This document shows positions 62,329 through 64,000 of a DNA stretch of 64,000 bases, in pieces (the stretch's first letter is position 1; each line of letters opens with the position of its first letter). Source of the DNA: Candidatus Brennerbacteria bacterium (lineage in GTDB: Bacteria; Patescibacteriota; Minisyncoccia; UBA6257; GWB1-50-10); contig JACPEK010000004.1 of assembly GCA_016183535.1 (NCBI GenBank), positions 73,013-137,012 of the forward strand, read 5' to 3'. Made by a program: the position numbers and the translations under genes. The notes under the pieces were generated by a model. That model saw nothing but the letters and a program-made list of their open reading frames with translations, ran no database searches and was not told the DNA's origin.

Positions 62329-62991
62329 TCAAGCGTGCGCGTCCGTTTCTTCTTCCGCGAAATCCCCGATCTTTTCGGCGGCCACTTCGAGACTGATTTT
62401 TTTCTTTAAGAGCTTTTTCATGACAAACTCGCCCGCGAAGAAGAAGACCACGATAACCGCAATCACGATCTCGATTTGTCGGAAAAACTTTTCCGTAAAG
62501 AGATAAGAAAGTCCGCTCATGAGAAAATAAGCGACTACGGATACGGTGGCGAACCACGCGAAAAGTCCCACGAGATACGATTTGAGAAACCGCCCGAACT
62601 TCGCGCGCGACCATCCGGAAAGCAGGAGTACGAGGAAATTTACCCCCACGAGAAAGCGCGCGCCGATCATGAGCTTGGTGAGGTTTTTGGTGATGTAGTA
62701 GAGATAGTACTGTATGCGGCGTCTCGTCTTGAGCCGTTTATACCACCGCCACCCGAAGCGAGTGTTGCGGATGAGGCGCCCGATAAAATACAGACCGAGC
62801 TCGGCGGCGGCGAGTGTTCCGAGGATGACGGACACGAATTTTCCCCACGTTAAGGCGCCCCCCACAATAAGAAGCATCGCGAAGAGGATGGCGAGGTCGC
62901 CTTGGAGAATCGCGCTTCCCGCGAGGATGTAGCTCGTCGCGGCGGGGTGCGCCGCTGTGAAGGAGGAGAGAATATCGAGTATATTGTCCAT
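62329..62991 (-). CDS. DedA/VTT-family membrane protein
   Basis: Start MDNILDIL (ATG 62991); 'LYFIGR', 'ARFLVG..GWSRAKFGRFL'. Confidence 0.75.
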   Translation of the reverse strand: MDNILDILSSFTAAHPAATSYILAGSAILQGDLAILFAMLLIVGGALTWGKFVSVILGTLAAAELGLYFIGRLIRNTRFGWRWYKRLKTRRRIQYYLYYITKNLTKLMIGARFLVGVNFLVLLLSGWSRAKFGRFLKSYLVGLFAWFATVSVVAYFLMSGLSYLFTEKFFRQIEIVIAVIVVFFFAGEFVMKKLLKKKISLEVAAEKIGDFAEEETDAHA

Positions 62992-63054
62992 ATCGAGGAT
63001 GCGTATTATGATGCGGCGGTGGGGAATCGCACGCCCCATGGGACAGTGTAGCAT

Positions 63055-63127
63055 GGTGCCTATGGTGTAATGGTTAACACAGGAGTTTGTGGAACTCCTG
63101 ATACGGGTTCGATTCCCGTTAGGCACC
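63055..63127 (+). tRNA. tRNA-His(GTG)
   Basis: G-1 plus GTGCCTA..TAGGCAC-C; anticodon loop TTGTGGA. Confidence 0.95.
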
Positions 63128-63531
63128 CAGACGGTATCTAATATAACCGCAGATGGTTTATTGGATGCCACCTCGAAAGTCTCGACTTTATGTCGGGATT
63201 TTTGAGTTTTAGGGGCGACTTTCGACTTTGATTTGCCGACAACCACCGGCGTGAATTCCACCTCCATGTCGGTCACGATCCGTGGTATTCGGCTTTCTTT
63301 GTATTTCTCGGTAAAGATCAGCCCCTCCGCTTGCATCAAGGCTCGTATGATCGGGCTTGGTATGACCGTCACGGTTTTCTTGTCGGTTACCTCGAATCGT
63401 TCTCAGTAAAGACCGAGGAATAATCGCTTCATTTCATCCGGAGCTTTCATGTACGTCTCGTAAGCGTTTCTCACGAATAGCAGGACGTCTTGGAGTTCGT
63501 CGATCTGTAAAGACCCCCTCCCTCCTGCTTT
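63128..63531 (-). pseudogene. C-terminal remnant of a probable large serine recombinase integrated at tRNA-His
   Basis: 'QIDELQDVLLFVRNAYETYMKAPDEMKRLFLGLY*ERFEVTDKK..PSPII' reads into tRNA antisense ('WVPNGNRTRI'); TGA at 63403-63405; 5' part missing. Confidence 0.55.
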
Positions 63532-64000
63532 CTAATCAATAGCTTGGAATCGTTTTAAGATTTCAAGCGGGATTTGCATACCAAGCGCCATGTGGGGCCG
63601 CTCGGTATTGTAGTAGCGGAGGAATGGGGGGATCTCCCGTCGCCAAGCACGGAGCGTCCCCGGAATGCGGCGGAGGCACTCCCGTTGGAGCGTTTGGATG
63701 AACCGCTCCACATGGGCGTTGTCGGTGGGGGTCCTGACTCGTGAATGGCGATGGGCAATGCCGCGCTCCCTGAGGCGCTCGGTGAGCCATTTCGAGAACT
63801 CGGCCCCGTGATCGCTCTGGAGCGTGCGGAAGGAGAAGGGAGCAACTTCCCGTGCCTCCTCCACGAACGCGAGGGAGCGATGGGTCGAGATGCGAGGCAT
63901 GGCCTCCGCATGTGTCCACCGACTGCAGAGGTCGACGAGGGCATACGCATGGAGGTGTTCATATGCACACCCCTCCTGCATGGAGTCAATTTCGACGAGG
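63532..64000 (-). mobile_element. IS481/IS3-like DDE (integrase core) transposase, 5'-truncated by window edge
   Basis: DDE triad: 'LVEIDS', 'LQSDHGAEF', 'DNAHVERFIQTLQRE'; also 'YYNTERPHMAL'. Frame is open to the window end. Confidence 0.88.

Noticed and set aside
62329-63372. 347-aa ORF spanning tRNA-His as one protein
   Set aside because: Chance in-frame join of a recombinase remnant, tRNA antisense and the DedA-like gene, which likely starts at 62991.
63403-63405. In-frame TGA as evidence of genetic code 25 or 4
   Set aside because: TGA ends conserved genes at their expected positions (dnaN, rpsT, ruvA, ileS), so code 11 applies and this is a pseudogene lesion.
1-64000. CRISPR array or cas genes
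   Set aside because: No regularly spaced repeat-spacer series; the 42-bp repeat at 60207-60314 has only two copies and an att-like context.

Overview
A core chromosomal region of a Patescibacteria (CPR, Parcubacteria-like) genome using standard code 11. The taxonomy is inferred from gene content and protein style. The window spans the replication origin (yidC-rnpA-rpmH | dnaA-oriC-dnaN) and carries housekeeping genes: PBP1A, ruvABC, polA, tsaE, pilB, holA, rpsT, murE-like, udg, Clp ATPase, infC-rpmI-rplT, tmk, smpB, argS, ileS, trpS, rnj, secG, gpmI, rny, HU and an ECF sigma. It also has seven tRNAs and tmRNA. Three accessory loci stand out. (1) A ~2.7-kb element at tRNA-Arg(TCT) encodes a large serine recombinase and one cargo gene. 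It holds four GGACA-core sites: attL-like, an internal inverted 194-bp attP-like junction, attR-like and a spare attB-like site. Each gene is flanked by a perfect ~100-bp inverted repeat, and the recombinase C-terminus depends on recombination state. (2) The ssrA locus has smpB-GIY-YIG-ssrA, an inverted 63-nt copy of the tmRNA 3' end with a compensatory base pair between a nucleotidyltransferase and inositol-1-phosphate synthase, a 73-nt alanine-type tRNA-like-domain-only RNA candidate and another structured RNA candidate. (3) A decayed recombinase at tRNA-His lies next to an IS481-like transposase. Several small repeat families are scattered throughout, some inserted in-frame into essential genes, and IleRS carries an inserted histidine-phosphatase domain. 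No database searches could be run; all family calls come from motif recognition.
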